Shown: piece after piece, positions 54,401 through 64,000 of the stretch
Numbering within the stretch: position 1 is the stretch's first letter
Layout of the letters: each line of letters begins with the position of its first letter
Source of the DNA: Perkinsela sp. CCAP 1560/9
Taxonomy: Eukaryota; Protista; Euglenozoa: Kinetoplastea
DNA length: 64,000 nucleotides
Direction: 5' to 3'
Assembly (NCBI GenBank): GCA_965644495.1
Contig: CBFFSA010000003.1
Span: forward strand, 124,001-188,000
The notes under the pieces: model-generated
What the model was told of the DNA's origin: nothing
What the model saw: only the letters and a program-made list of their open reading frames with translations
Databases searched by the model: none
Position numbers and translations under genes: made by a program

Positions 54401-54566
54401 CAGATCTCACATTTGAAAAGAAAAGCGACTAAACAAAGAAGTGTATTTGCCAAGACAGGCTGGCTTTTCAGAAGAGGTGTAGAATGCTTTTTTTCTAAGC
54501 AGTTGCGCAATTACATTCGAAAGTAGTAGATATGTCATTCCTCCAATCAAAGCGATTTATTGAATT

Positions 54567-55256
54567 TCAATAGATTTGATTGACCACATCATCAAAATTT
54601 ATTGAGCTTACTATAAATTTATCAAGATTGCCTGCAAAGTGTTCTGTACTACGCAGACCAGGAAGAAACCTTTCAGAGCTTAAAGTAGATCTGTGCCTTC
54701 GTAAGGTAAGTGCTTCGAAATTTTCTTTTCGAATACCAGGATAGAGATACATTGCTTGTAAGGCTGGAGAGCGAGACACGGGTGAAGGATGGCTTGTTTG
54801 GTCTGTACTAATTTGAAGATCTTTAGATTTCGTGTCCGTATCAATCACACTTGACGTGGTACTAGACGTGGTACGAGAAGCGGGAATAATAGTGTCTATT
54901 GCATTGAGTTCAGATCTATCGTCGTCTTCAATTTGAGCCTCTGATAACAGTGGCAACTGCGCTTCAGATCGTTGAAGATATTTTTTATTTAACTCAGAGA
55001 AAAGTTGGCAGCGAAATTCCTTCATCCGCTGATCTATAGCTTTTAACAAACAGGAGTGATCAATTTCTGTTTCACAGCTCTTAGCTTGCGAGGAAGAGCC
55101 AGAGTTCAAGCCAGAATATTCTCTATTCTCATAAGAGTTCTCACAAGAATTTTCCGAACGTACAAGTCCATTCGAATCGTTCGACCACGTGTTTTCAGTA
55201 GAGAGCTTATCTTGTAGCTCAAATTTTTGCTTGTCAATGCCTTGCTCCATAATCAT
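54567..55256 (-). CDS. Hypothetical Ser-rich protein with a short coiled coil
   Basis: 229-aa ATG ORF in the host orientation, embedded in the TE island. Confidence 0.65.
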   Translation of the reverse strand: MIMEQGIDKQKFELQDKLSTENTWSNDSNGLVRSENSCENSYENREYSGLNSGSSSQAKSCETEIDHSCLLKAIDQRMKEFRCQLFSELNKKYLQRSEAQLPLLSEAQIEDDDRSELNAIDTIIPASRTTSSTTSSVIDTDTKSKDLQISTDQTSHPSPVSRSPALQAMYLYPGIRKENFEALTLRRHRSTLSSERFLPGLRSTEHFAGNLDKFIVSSINFDDVVNQIY

Positions 55257-55491
55257 GCATGCAATAATGATAGCTTCAAAAAAAAATCAAAGTTCAAGAG
55301 GCTTTCAAATTAAGAAAAATATTTACAGATCACAATCTACAAGGATTATAAATTTAGAAAAAAACGACAATTGCACTTCTATTCATTTTCCAGTTTGTCA
55401 AGTCGAGCAAAAAGATTGTCTTCTTAGATGTAGATATGGTCAGGACAGATAAAAGCTGCATACTGGTGCGCTTAAATAAAAAAATCGGGTA

Positions 55492-55546
55492 CGTCTCTAC
55501 TTCGTTGAATATTCAACGAAGTGCCGGCGCTTCGTTGAACCATTCA
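55492..55546. mobile_element. Solo truncated TIR of the 1-944 MITE family
   Basis: TA + cgtctctacttcgttgaatattcaacgaagtgccggcgcttcgttgaaccattca. Confidence 0.85.
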
Positions 55547-55870
55547 TTTCTCCCCCATTTTACGCCCCAAAAGCGAGTTTGCTCAAGGAATTCTCATGGT
55601 GTTCTTCTCAACGCCTGTTCTTATGCCTTGCCAGGGAAGATTAAAGAACACCAAAGGATACTTCTTGTGGCCGACTTCGAGAAAACACAGTCTTATTCCC
55701 GGACTTACCAAAGTGTTTGGGTCCACTAGGGAACTGTGAAACTCTGGGTGGAACGATTCATGTTTTTACGATAAACTTCAGACAAAAAACAAAGATAAAT
55801 TTGATAATAAGTTAAAGAACTTCAGAAAACGTTGTAGAATCATCGTAGAAAAGAAGGGTGTATATTGGAC
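55547..55870 (+). pseudogene. Internally deleted Tc1/mariner-like transposase (N-terminal HTH joined to the extreme C-terminus), same family as 59175-59913
   Basis: RILLVADFEKTQSYSRT...TVKLWVERF and KNFRKRCRIIVEKKG match MVLVADYETTQSFSR and KSFRRRCCIVIE in the 59.2-59.9 kb element. Confidence 0.7.
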
Positions 55871-56179
55871 CCCATGCATACCGCCACAGCAAGCCAGTGT
55901 CAACTTGTGCCAGCCAGTGCCAGCCACAACGGCCCTTTTTCTAGGGGACCGGAAATGGTTGACTGGCGGAACGTGTGTTTTTTGTGGCCTGCGACTCAAC
56001 ACGGGGTGATAAAATTAAAAATTCTGTGCCAGCCAGTGCCAGCCACACTTGCATGGGCTCCCACTTGCATTGTGGATGCTACACGGGTTTTAAAATAATG
56101 TTTCCTAAAAATATCTGAGATTTTTTATTATTTCTTTAAGTGGCAATTTGCTTTTTTGGCCTTTTTCCCGGAACACGGA

Positions 56180-56683
56180 AGGGACGGTGAAATATGGGGG
56201 CGGGGGTTTGATGGTATGGGCGTGCATTGCGCACGCAGGGGTGGGCAAGATACGTCTGATTGAGGGCAATTTGAACGCCCATCAGTACGTTGAAATTCTG
56301 GATCAGAATCTTGCCCCCTCCATTGAGCAAGTGGGCCTAGACCCCGACGAGGTCTTGTTTCAACAAGACAATGACCCGAAACACACGAGCAAGCTTGCCA
56401 AAGAGTGGTTGGCGAGCCACAGCTATGTGGTTTAGAAGTGGCCCCCGCAATCCCCAGATCTCAATCCTATTGAGAACATGTGGGGACACTTAAAACGGCG
56501 TCTCTCTGCCTATAAGAAGGACCCAAAGGGAATGATCGAGCTTTGGGACCGGGCCAAAGTTGTGTGGGACGCACTTCCCAGTGCCCTATGCGCGTCTACT
56601 GTGAGCATGCTGCTCACACTGTGAGCATGCCTCGCCATATGAGAGCGGTGATTGCTGCGAAAGGGGGGCATACAAAGTATTAG
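56180..56683 (+). mobile_element. Tc1 (DD34E) transposase catalytic-domain remnant
   Basis: TVKYGGGGLMVWAC, FQQDNDPKHTS, in-frame TAG at 56433, WPPQSPDLNPIENMW (34 residues between D and E), AVIAAKGGHTKY*. Confidence 0.93.
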
Positions 56684-56963
56684 TTTTACCTTGTTTTTAC
56701 CGTTTATTAATCAAGAAATAATCCATCTTTTTATCAAAAAATCTTCACTTGAAAAAAGTGTAAAAAATGTCTCAATAATATTTTTCACTCAAAGGTGTTA
56801 CGGGTCCTCGTGGAAGCTGCTGCATAGGTAACGGCCCTCATAGTCAGTGTGCTGGTACATACCCCTACATAACCCCCATATACTATGATAACTATTCGTC
56901 TTTCATTTCAAAGATAATCACTCAACAAAATATTTTTTCATAACATTGAGACATTTTTTAACG

Positions 56964-58047
56964 TCACTGTACCTTTGAGTCATCACTGTTTTCAGAAAAG
57001 CTACAAAAACTATCACTGACGTCATTCATGCGATCATCCATGTCTTCACATCCATAAAAATTGCGAATACACTCCAGAATGTTGAAGCGGATTTGCCAGG
57101 ATTCTTTCCGCTCAGTTTTTCCGAATCCGAATTTCACGCACTGCAATGCCGCATTACGGCGCAAATCCATGGATGATATTCCGTGATTATATAATGCTGC
57201 TGCTTGATCCAGTGTTTGATCGTCCGATGAGCGGCTTCCGCGTGATTGGTGTGATGGCCCTTCAAAGTCACGAATTCCTTACTTTGATTTACAGTAAAAT
57301 GTCTGCAGTATTCCCCCAAGTTTATGTAGCCACGCCACTCATCGGTTACCACCACAGATCGCGCGCTCGTTAAATGTGGGGTAATGAAGTTCAGAAGCGT
57401 ATGCTGGTCCCTTCGTTTGACGAGTTTCCAATGGGTTCTCCCCATTTTACGTTCATCTATCTCTGTGACGGTGACGAACCACCATCCGACTTTTCTCACC
57501 CGCTTTCCGCGATGGTACTTTCTCTTCCCTATAAAGGTTTCATCGACTTGGAGATTTGAAAAATCGAAGTTTGCATTTTCTTGGCGAAAATATGCAGCAC
57601 TGGATACCATGTGTAACAGCTTCGTAATGGTTCTCGGACGCACCCCGCGGTTACGGCTTATGTTCCCGGTCGTCAAATTGTTTGCAATATCAGCCCATAT
57701 GAGAAGCAGAGTAGTGAGAGTTACGCGTGTGCGGCTACTTAAATAAGGTTCGTACATGAAGGCTCTAGCTCTACAGGCATTCGCAGCCCCCTCCTCCCGA
57801 TGAGTACACTCGAAGAACCGCCAGGTATCCTTCATCTCCACCATAAACTCTCCCCCGTGGCGTTTGCACTCTGGTGCTGTCAAAAGGCCGTGATTTTTCA
57901 TCCACACCTCCGCCGCTTCCGCCTGGGGAATGTACCTCATATTACGCCACAAGCGAATGCACGCGAAACCTTCACATCCCCGACAAACTCGATGTGCTTC
58001 ATGCGGCGGAATATGGCCTTCCGTCCATGTCGCGTGTTCGACAGCAT
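56964..58047 (-). mobile_element. Merlin (IS1595-family) transposase, copy 2, near full length with frameshifts at both ends
   Basis: C..H...C...C N-terminal zinc motif, LQVDETFIGKRKYHRGK, VTDEWRGY, HTNHAEA; ATG at 58047 is one base out of frame with the body; C-terminal shift near 57170. Confidence 0.93.
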
Positions 58048-58241
58048 TGTTGTTGTTGTTACGTTATTTGTATGCTTGTGTCTCGAGGTAAGCCTTAAAA
58101 CGTCTCAAAAAGGCATCCGACGTATTCCCAGTACCGTGGTCGTTGCTCATTGGAAAAAGAAACGGTAAAAGAAGAGATCAGAGATTATGACCAAACGATC
58201 AGTCAAGGAATTCACCTCGCAGAGGTGGGCATCAAATACAC

Positions 58242-58625
58242 AATCCTGCGGAAGTGGCAGACCTAGGTTCTCAGTGCGCGACCCGCGCGCTGGAGGGCGC
58301 GGGTCGCCAAAAAATATAATTATGTCCCAGGGCTACGCTCACAGTTGGGCCTTGCTCGCAAACGGGGGCTTTTGCCTCCAGAAGAGGGCTTCGCTCACAG
58401 TTGGGCTTTGCTCGCAAACGGGGGACTTTGCCTCCAGAAGTGGGCTTCGCTCACAATAAGGCGTTGCTCGAAGGCTGGGGGCTTTTGCCTCCAGAAGTGG
58501 GCTACGCGCACAGTTAGGCCTTGCCTCCAGACACGTAAACTAGGTGTCGCAGTTTAGGAAAATAAATGCATAATCCTGCGGAAGTGGATGACACAGGTTA
58601 TCAGTGTTCACAGTTGGGCCTTGCT
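58242..58625. repeat. Inverted copy of the 135-464 repeat with ~57-bp tandem subunits
   Basis: aatcctgcggaagtggcagacctaggttctcagtgcgcgacc..., then repeated gctcacagttgggc..gcctccagaag. Confidence 0.9.
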
Positions 58626-59174
58626 TGCAAAAAAACGTGAGTACCATTAGATCTCTACACCAAAAGTCTATTTTTGGATGCCGCTTGTGAAGACTAAAAG
58701 TGAAGACAAAGAATGAGAGAAGAAAAACAGAATTTTTATAAGCAATATCTTGGCGTATTGATGCACTTCTTGAATCGAAAGGATATCGCGATCAAAAAGC
58801 CTAAATGTACGCCTTGCAAAAAAAGGAAAGGAAAAGATGTGTAGCAAATGACTTTTGTTAAAACTTTCAGTGAACATTATGAACGATTTGCATGTAAATC
58901 TCAAATTCTTGTTTTCACAAACCGTTTTTTTTTAGAGTTTTAAAACAGGCTAAAACCCTAGGAACGAATAGATTTCAAAATGAGCGAAAGAGTGGTGCTG
59001 CAACCCCCATGGATTCGCGCGGGGGAAAACAAAGGGGGTGCCTTATTCTTATCGAGGGGTTTTATACGAGAACATTTTTGCTATTATTTATGATACACTT
59101 ATAGAGCAGAGATTGTTTTCATCTTGGTGGAGGAAAAGAAACTCGCGCGCAGAACGCGCGGTACCGTTTAAATA

Positions 59175-59913
59175 CAGGGGTGTAAATTTGGATGTGGGGG
59201 GGTCTAAAATTTGTAAAACTTGGCCAATTTTGAAAAATAATAGCGCATTCGAGAGCTCTCGAACAGGGCTCATGAACGTAACAAGGCCGAACTAGGCACA
59301 AGGGGGCATTGCCCCCTAGACAAAGAGCCCCGAAACGCTATTTGTAACTTTCTAAAATAATGCTAAATGTAAAAAATATATATTAATAATTGCTATTATC
59401 GTCGATTAATCTCAATCACAATACAGCATCGCCTTCGAAAGCTCTTCACGGCATTTTCAGGGGCCTTGAAACGCTGCTTCGATCGCAATGATCAAATCTG
59501 CACAATTCCGAGGGGCTCAACCATTTTTGGAGTCGCCCACTATGGAACATGAATTTTTAGCGCGAAAAAGATTGTGTTGTTTCGTAATCGGCAACAAGAA
59601 CCATGCACCAGCTTGCTTTTACGTGCTCAGGCGAAGAATAAACACTTTCGTAGTTTTTGTGTTCGGGTGATCGCCCGCAACCCCGTCTTTGTAGCATGAA
59701 TCAGGGGAGAAATCAGAAAAACTGTGAAAAATGCAAGAATTTGCCTCCCAAAAAACTAAGTTTTTTTACGTGCACTCGAAAATCTAATTAACGCAGATGC
59801 CGTGCGTGCACGTTCATGAGCTCAGTTCGAGAGCTCTCGAATGCGCTATTATTTTCCAAAATTGGCCAAGTTTTACAAATTTTAGACCCCCCACATCCAA
59901 ATTTACACCCTTG
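59175..59913 (-). mobile_element. Tc1/mariner deletion derivative (739 bp) with ~105-bp TIRs and TA target duplication
   Basis: TA|caggggtgtaaatttggatgtgg... and ...ccacatccaaatttacacccttg|TA; internal minus-strand transposase N- and C-terminal remnants. Confidence 0.92.
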
Positions 59914-60288
59914 TATGTGGCACGCGATTTTGAAGCCGCGAGTAAAAATGGATAAAAAAAATGTAATTTCCTTCGGCCGCGTACCATAAAGTGTAAGTTC
60001 GAGATTTTAGACCTCAGGTGAGCTCAGGGAGGGGAGTCTGTCGTGATGCGCTTAAACGAAGGAAGGATGACAATTCACCTGCAGACGTCTTTAGTTACGG
60101 ATAATTTATCTGAAGCCAAATCTGAATTCAACAAATCGTTGTATGTTATCCGCGAATAAATAACACTGTATAAATAAATCGGTCGCTGTAACCTTTTTTG
60201 ACAAGAGTTCTCGATACTTTCAGAATAGAAGAATATAATGCCTAAAATGATTGCATGGACACGGCCATAAGCCTACTTCGTAGAAGTT

Positions 60289-62226
60289 TTATCGAGAAAG
60301 AAAGAGAACTTGCTCCACGTGAGGCGTATGGGGAAAAAGATCCACTGCCAAGGAGAGCTGAGGCGTAAAAGGGGTATTGGGATACTTCTTTGTGGGTCGT
60401 TTCATCAGATCCGTCGCATCCCGAATAAGGGCATTTTGGTTGCATGAGACGTACACAATTTGCGTAATTGATCTCATTGAACGTAACCATCGCACCATAT
60501 TCCCATGTAGTCCTTCTCGAGGCGGATCGACGAGCGCTACCACAGAGGCAGAGTTCATCGAGCGCTCGCTTGACTCTGCGGAATCTTTTGACATAGTTAT
60601 GTTTTCGCCCGACTCTATCTTTGGTAAAACTCGTGCTCTCTTCTCTTGCACAGACGATAGCGTCTTCGTGATTTCCGTTAACAAATTCTCTACTTTACCC
60701 TCTAAATAGGATACATTTTGGGCATTCTGGGCCTGTGTATTTCGCTTTGCATCTTGGACCGCATCATGCACCGCTTCCACGCCTATTACCCAATGCACTT
60801 GGGAGCGCAGAAACAAACCCAAGAGTCCAGTGCCACAGCACAGATCTAACAGTATGGTGTCGCTTGAGAGCTTTGCGTGTTGTTTAATTTGTCGTAACAA
60901 CGCTTCGGAAGCTTTCGTGTTGACTTGGAAAAAAGACCCAGGGCTGATTAAAAACGGGATGCCATCCATTCGCTCTTCCAAATGCGAAGGACCGAAGAGT
61001 AATTTGAAAGGCAAATCCCAAGGGGCGGCGTTGCTGACCCCATCGTGTTCCTGCCAAAAAATACATCGAACGCCGGAGGAGAATTCGTCGAGCAGACTTT
61101 GGTACAGTTTTTCTCGAGTGTGTGTGTAAGATAACTCTGTGCTATGGTTTGCATCATCCGAATTGTTTGAGTCCTTTTCTTTTTCATTTGAATCCGGAAA
61201 CCGTGTTGTCTGTACAATCATCATCGTTTCCCCTTTTTGGTTCATCCGCACGCTGAGTCTTCTCCAGAATCCACAATGAAGACTCTTGTCATAACTCCTA
61301 AAAAGAGAAGCACAGCGATTGTACCAAAGTTGAACCCACTTCTCAAATCGTTGAGCGATTAAAATCGCGATTTGAGGCGTACAAGGACAGTACTCGGGTG
61401 AGGATACAGCAAAGTGCCCATCTTTAACAGCTCCGAGATTAAACCCGACTCGAGGGAGAGAGGACATGTGATCTCCCTCTTTTTCACACCCCAGGCCAAT
61501 AGTAAAATCGACGCGGTTCCGATACCCGTAGAGCTCAGGAGAGGGGGAGAGACCTGCAAAAGGAATTGCTGGAGGCAATTCGATAGATGAAGAGAAATTG
61601 GAAAATCCAGAAAGTGCTCTTCGATCAGCTTGATAGACCTCGTGACGTATTTTTTCAAGAACCTCCGAGCAGTGTTTGGTCTTCTTTTCAAGCTGAGATT
61701 CGTAGGAGAGGGCTGTCCAGGGAGCAGTGCTGGAGGATGGGTTCGTTTTACGATCAACGTCGCCTTTAGAGCATGAATAATTCTCCATTTCAGATAAAGC
61801 TAATTCCGTTTTTGGACGAGATTCTTTGTCTCTTTTTCGTTTTAGATTTCTGTCTATTGGATCTTCCATATCACCAACAAACACAGGAGTTTCTTTCCAT
61901 GAGGTGCCTTTGTGCTTTATTGCACATAAAATTTGACTGGCTGTATTTTTTGCAAGTTCCGAATCGAAAGAAAGAAATAAGTAGCTACTGTTGGGACTCT
62001 TTCCAACACGAGTGCAGCCAGTGAAATAAGACTTTAAGGGGAAATTGCTCTTTTCTTGTTCTTGTTGATCCATCCTAGGTACCTTTTTTTCGAGAATACG
62101 TTTGATATCGCTTTGCGTAAATCGGTGGGACCCAACGAAGATTTTCAATAAATAATCATTTGTGCGTCGGTGAATCAGTGACTCGTTCGGAGTGTTGTGT
62201 GAATTCGGACTTGTTTCACTCTCCAT
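60289..62226 (-). CDS. TRMT2A: tRNA (uracil-5)-methyltransferase TRM2/TRMT2A
   Basis: YRNRVDF, ISPGSFFQVN, LDLCCGTG, VDPPREGL, VYVSCN, VDLFPHTPHVE; N-terminal RRM-like region. Confidence 0.95.
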   Translation of the reverse strand: MESETSPNSHNTPNESLIHRRTNDYLLKIFVGSHRFTQSDIKRILEKKVPRMDQQEQEKSNFPLKSYFTGCTRVGKSPNSSYLFLSFDSELAKNTASQILCAIKHKGTSWKETPVFVGDMEDPIDRNLKRKRDKESRPKTELALSEMENYSCSKGDVDRKTNPSSSTAPWTALSYESQLEKKTKHCSEVLEKIRHEVYQADRRALSGFSNFSSSIELPPAIPFAGLSPSPELYGYRNRVDFTIGLGCEKEGDHMSSLPRVGFNLGAVKDGHFAVSSPEYCPCTPQIAILIAQRFEKWVQLWYNRCASLFRSYDKSLHCGFWRRLSVRMNQKGETMMIVQTTRFPDSNEKEKDSNNSDDANHSTELSYTHTREKLYQSLLDEFSSGVRCIFWQEHDGVSNAAPWDLPFKLLFGPSHLEERMDGIPFLISPGSFFQVNTKASEALLRQIKQHAKLSSDTILLDLCCGTGLLGLFLRSQVHWVIGVEAVHDAVQDAKRNTQAQNAQNVSYLEGKVENLLTEITKTLSSVQEKRARVLPKIESGENITMSKDSAESSERSMNSASVVALVDPPREGLHGNMVRWLRSMRSITQIVYVSCNQNALIRDATDLMKRPTKKYPNTPFTPQLSLAVDLFPHTPHVEQVLFLSR

Positions 62227-62565
62227 TAAGAAAATGTTGGATTTGATGTCCTAAATAACTGATAATGTTGATATGTGCAATGAATGGCTAGTAAATTCAG
62301 CGTCACATGAAAAACGTTTTAAATTCAACATAAAGATTATGCCTGACGACTCTGCAGTACGTTATGTCGCATAATAACGTATAATGATATACACAACGAC
62401 AGAACCAGAGATAACGGCAAGTAGGAGCTGTAGTGAGAACTACAGACTCTGCGCTCTGCAAAAACTCAACCTTACATCGGAAACAGGATTTTCCTGTTGA
62501 TACTTCTGCCACCCGTTTTTACTTAAAAAGGAAAGTAACGAAAAGTCTTGTGAGTAGCTTGTAAG

Positions 62566-63999
62566 TCATACCGAATCATGCATGGTAGAAGAGTAGTCGT
62601 CCCACAGCAAACAGCGTAACAAGGGGGAAGCTAACTCCTTGTACTCCTCTCCAATGACTCGCACAATTCCAATCTTAACGGATTTAGGTGACAACGGATG
62701 AGAATCCCTTACCGAGTTCTGTAAAAATATTCGAGCACGATGTACGCAATCATTCCCTAAAGTGTCTAATAAATGTCTTTTGGAATACTCTTCAGCTTCA
62801 CGAGGAACTGCAACGACTGTGTTTTCAAGGGGTTCCATTTCATGTGGCAAACTAATCGAGCTCTCGTTTCGTTCAAGAATAGCTTCAATCTCATCTACGA
62901 TATATTGTTTATCTTGCAAATCATCCTCAAACTCTAATGTAGCCATTCTTTCCTGTTCATTCGAATCTGTCAGTGTTGTGTAAATATTTTCTTTTGTTGA
63001 GTCAAATGTCTCCGTTGAGAGCTCTACGCTCTGTACCGCTTCCCTGAGATTTCGCACATTTCGTAAATCACTAAGTCGATATTCCTCCTCGTTTGGAGGC
63101 GTTGGATAATCGACCGGAAGCGGGGCCGCTGTGTTTGATAACACAGAAGGAAAAGCCTTTCGCTCGTTTCTATTTGGGCTTATAAAGTTTTTCAGTCCTG
63201 CGCCCCACTCCCGTAGCTCTCTCCTTAAATACGATGTTTGTAATAAGGAGGAAACCTTGGGCCGGTGTCCTGGATGTAAGGTCAGACATTTATGGATCAT
63301 GGATACCAAATTCGGGTTCGCCCCGGGGTGTACAGCGTCGTATTCCCCTGTGACAATTTTTTTCATCAACTCTTTCAGTCCTTTAGCTTGAAAAGGACGA
63401 CGTAGTGTCAGGAGTTCATACAAAAGAACCCCAAGGGACCAGATATCACTTTTTTGATTGTATGGACAGTGATTGCACACTTCCGGAGAGAAGTAGTACG
63501 GGGTACCACAAACGGTATGTGCGAACCCTAACGTATTCTGCAGCGTTGTGGAAATCCCGAAATCTCCAAGTTTCACGAGTCCCCCGGTAGTAAGGAAAAT
63601 ATTGGCCGCTTTTAAATCTCTATGGAGAATATTGCGCTCATGCAGGTGTTGCAACCCGAGACAAATTTGAAGAAACCAGTGCAGGATTTGTGCATCTGAA
63701 AAATAGACCACTTGCCCGGGAACCTCAAACCTCTTTCGTTGTTTTTTAATCCGAGAGGCTAAATCTCCCTCATCGGCGTATTCCATAATAATATAAATCG
63801 TGGTGTCCTCCTCGATGTGCTCCTCGTAATGAACAATATTGGGGTGCTGGATGCGGGAGAGAATATCAATTTCGCGTTTCACATCGTTAAACTCCTTAGG
63901 GGTCATGGTGGCGGTGTCGATGACTTTGCAAATGTACCGTTTGCGGTTTAAAAGGGATTGGACTAGAATCGCATCCCCAAACGAGCCTTTGCCAATCTC
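62566..63999 (-). CDS. NEK-family Ser/Thr protein kinase (5'-partial)
   Basis: Frame open to the window end (EIGKGSFGDAILV...ICKVI); HRDLKAANIFL, KLGDFGIS, CGTPYYFSPE, YNQKSDIWSLG. Confidence 0.95.
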   Translation of the reverse strand, partial: EIGKGSFGDAILVQSLLNRKRYICKVIDTATMTPKEFNDVKREIDILSRIQHPNIVHYEEHIEEDTTIYIIMEYADEGDLASRIKKQRKRFEVPGQVVYFSDAQILHWFLQICLGLQHLHERNILHRDLKAANIFLTTGGLVKLGDFGISTTLQNTLGFAHTVCGTPYYFSPEVCNHCPYNQKSDIWSLGVLLYELLTLRRPFQAKGLKELMKKIVTGEYDAVHPGANPNLVSMIHKCLTLHPGHRPKVSSLLQTSYLRRELREWGAGLKNFISPNRNERKAFPSVLSNTAAPLPVDYPTPPNEEEYRLSDLRNVRNLREAVQSVELSTETFDSTKENIYTTLTDSNEQERMATLEFEDDLQDKQYIVDEIEAILERNESSISLPHEMEPLENTVVAVPREAEEYSKRHLLDTLGNDCVHRARIFLQNSVRDSHPLSPKSVKIGIVRVIGEEYKELASPLLRCLLWDDYSSTMHDSV

Positions 64000-64000
64000 T

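Noticed and set aside
35633-56435. Genome-wide UAG reassignment suggested by in-frame TAGs (35633, 49221, 51132, 56433)
   Set aside because: TAG ends conserved genes at expected positions (V-ATPase c, SF3A1, APTX). The transposon TAGs align to different residues (W in Merlin, L in Tc1) and co-occur with frameshifts.

Overview
Eukaryotic, apparently intronless genomic DNA with the layout of a kinetoplastid. All ~30 host genes lie on the minus strand as one directional cluster. Also consistent with a kinetoplastid are a Dre2/anamorsin reduced to its Fe-S domain and several proteins with mitochondrial-style presequences (PIF1 helicase, helical-repeat RNA-binding-like proteins). Merlin/IS1595-family transposons and an LP-type LRR gene make a Perkinsela-like (non-trypanosomatid) lineage my best inference. 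Housekeeping genes include PSMA1, PIF1, APTX, RUVBL1, an SLC9B-type antiporter, a PILS-type transporter, BRX1, RPS29 (missed by the ORF track), NAA38-like, SLC44, SF3A1, V-ATPase c, TRMT2A and a NEK kinase. A 3840-aa gene carries a zinc ribbon, about 52 x 153-bp repeats with higher-order structure, and 9 x 93-bp basic repeats. The 49.1-59.9 kb interval is a transposon graveyard: Tc1/mariner remnants, two Merlin copies, MITEs, and a non-LTR remnant with APE and RLE-like motifs in one frame. Main leads: (1) a degenerate Fanzor/TnpB-like C-terminus followed by a ~230-nt, strand-specifically structured omegaRNA-like segment (53.9-54.4 kb); (2) the possible dual-endonuclease retroelement; (3) a methyltransferase-like gene whose presequence is separated from the body by a single in-frame UAG-CAA; (4) a NELF-C/D (TH1)-like gene in a polycistronic genome. 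All assignments are by eye from motifs; no searches were run.
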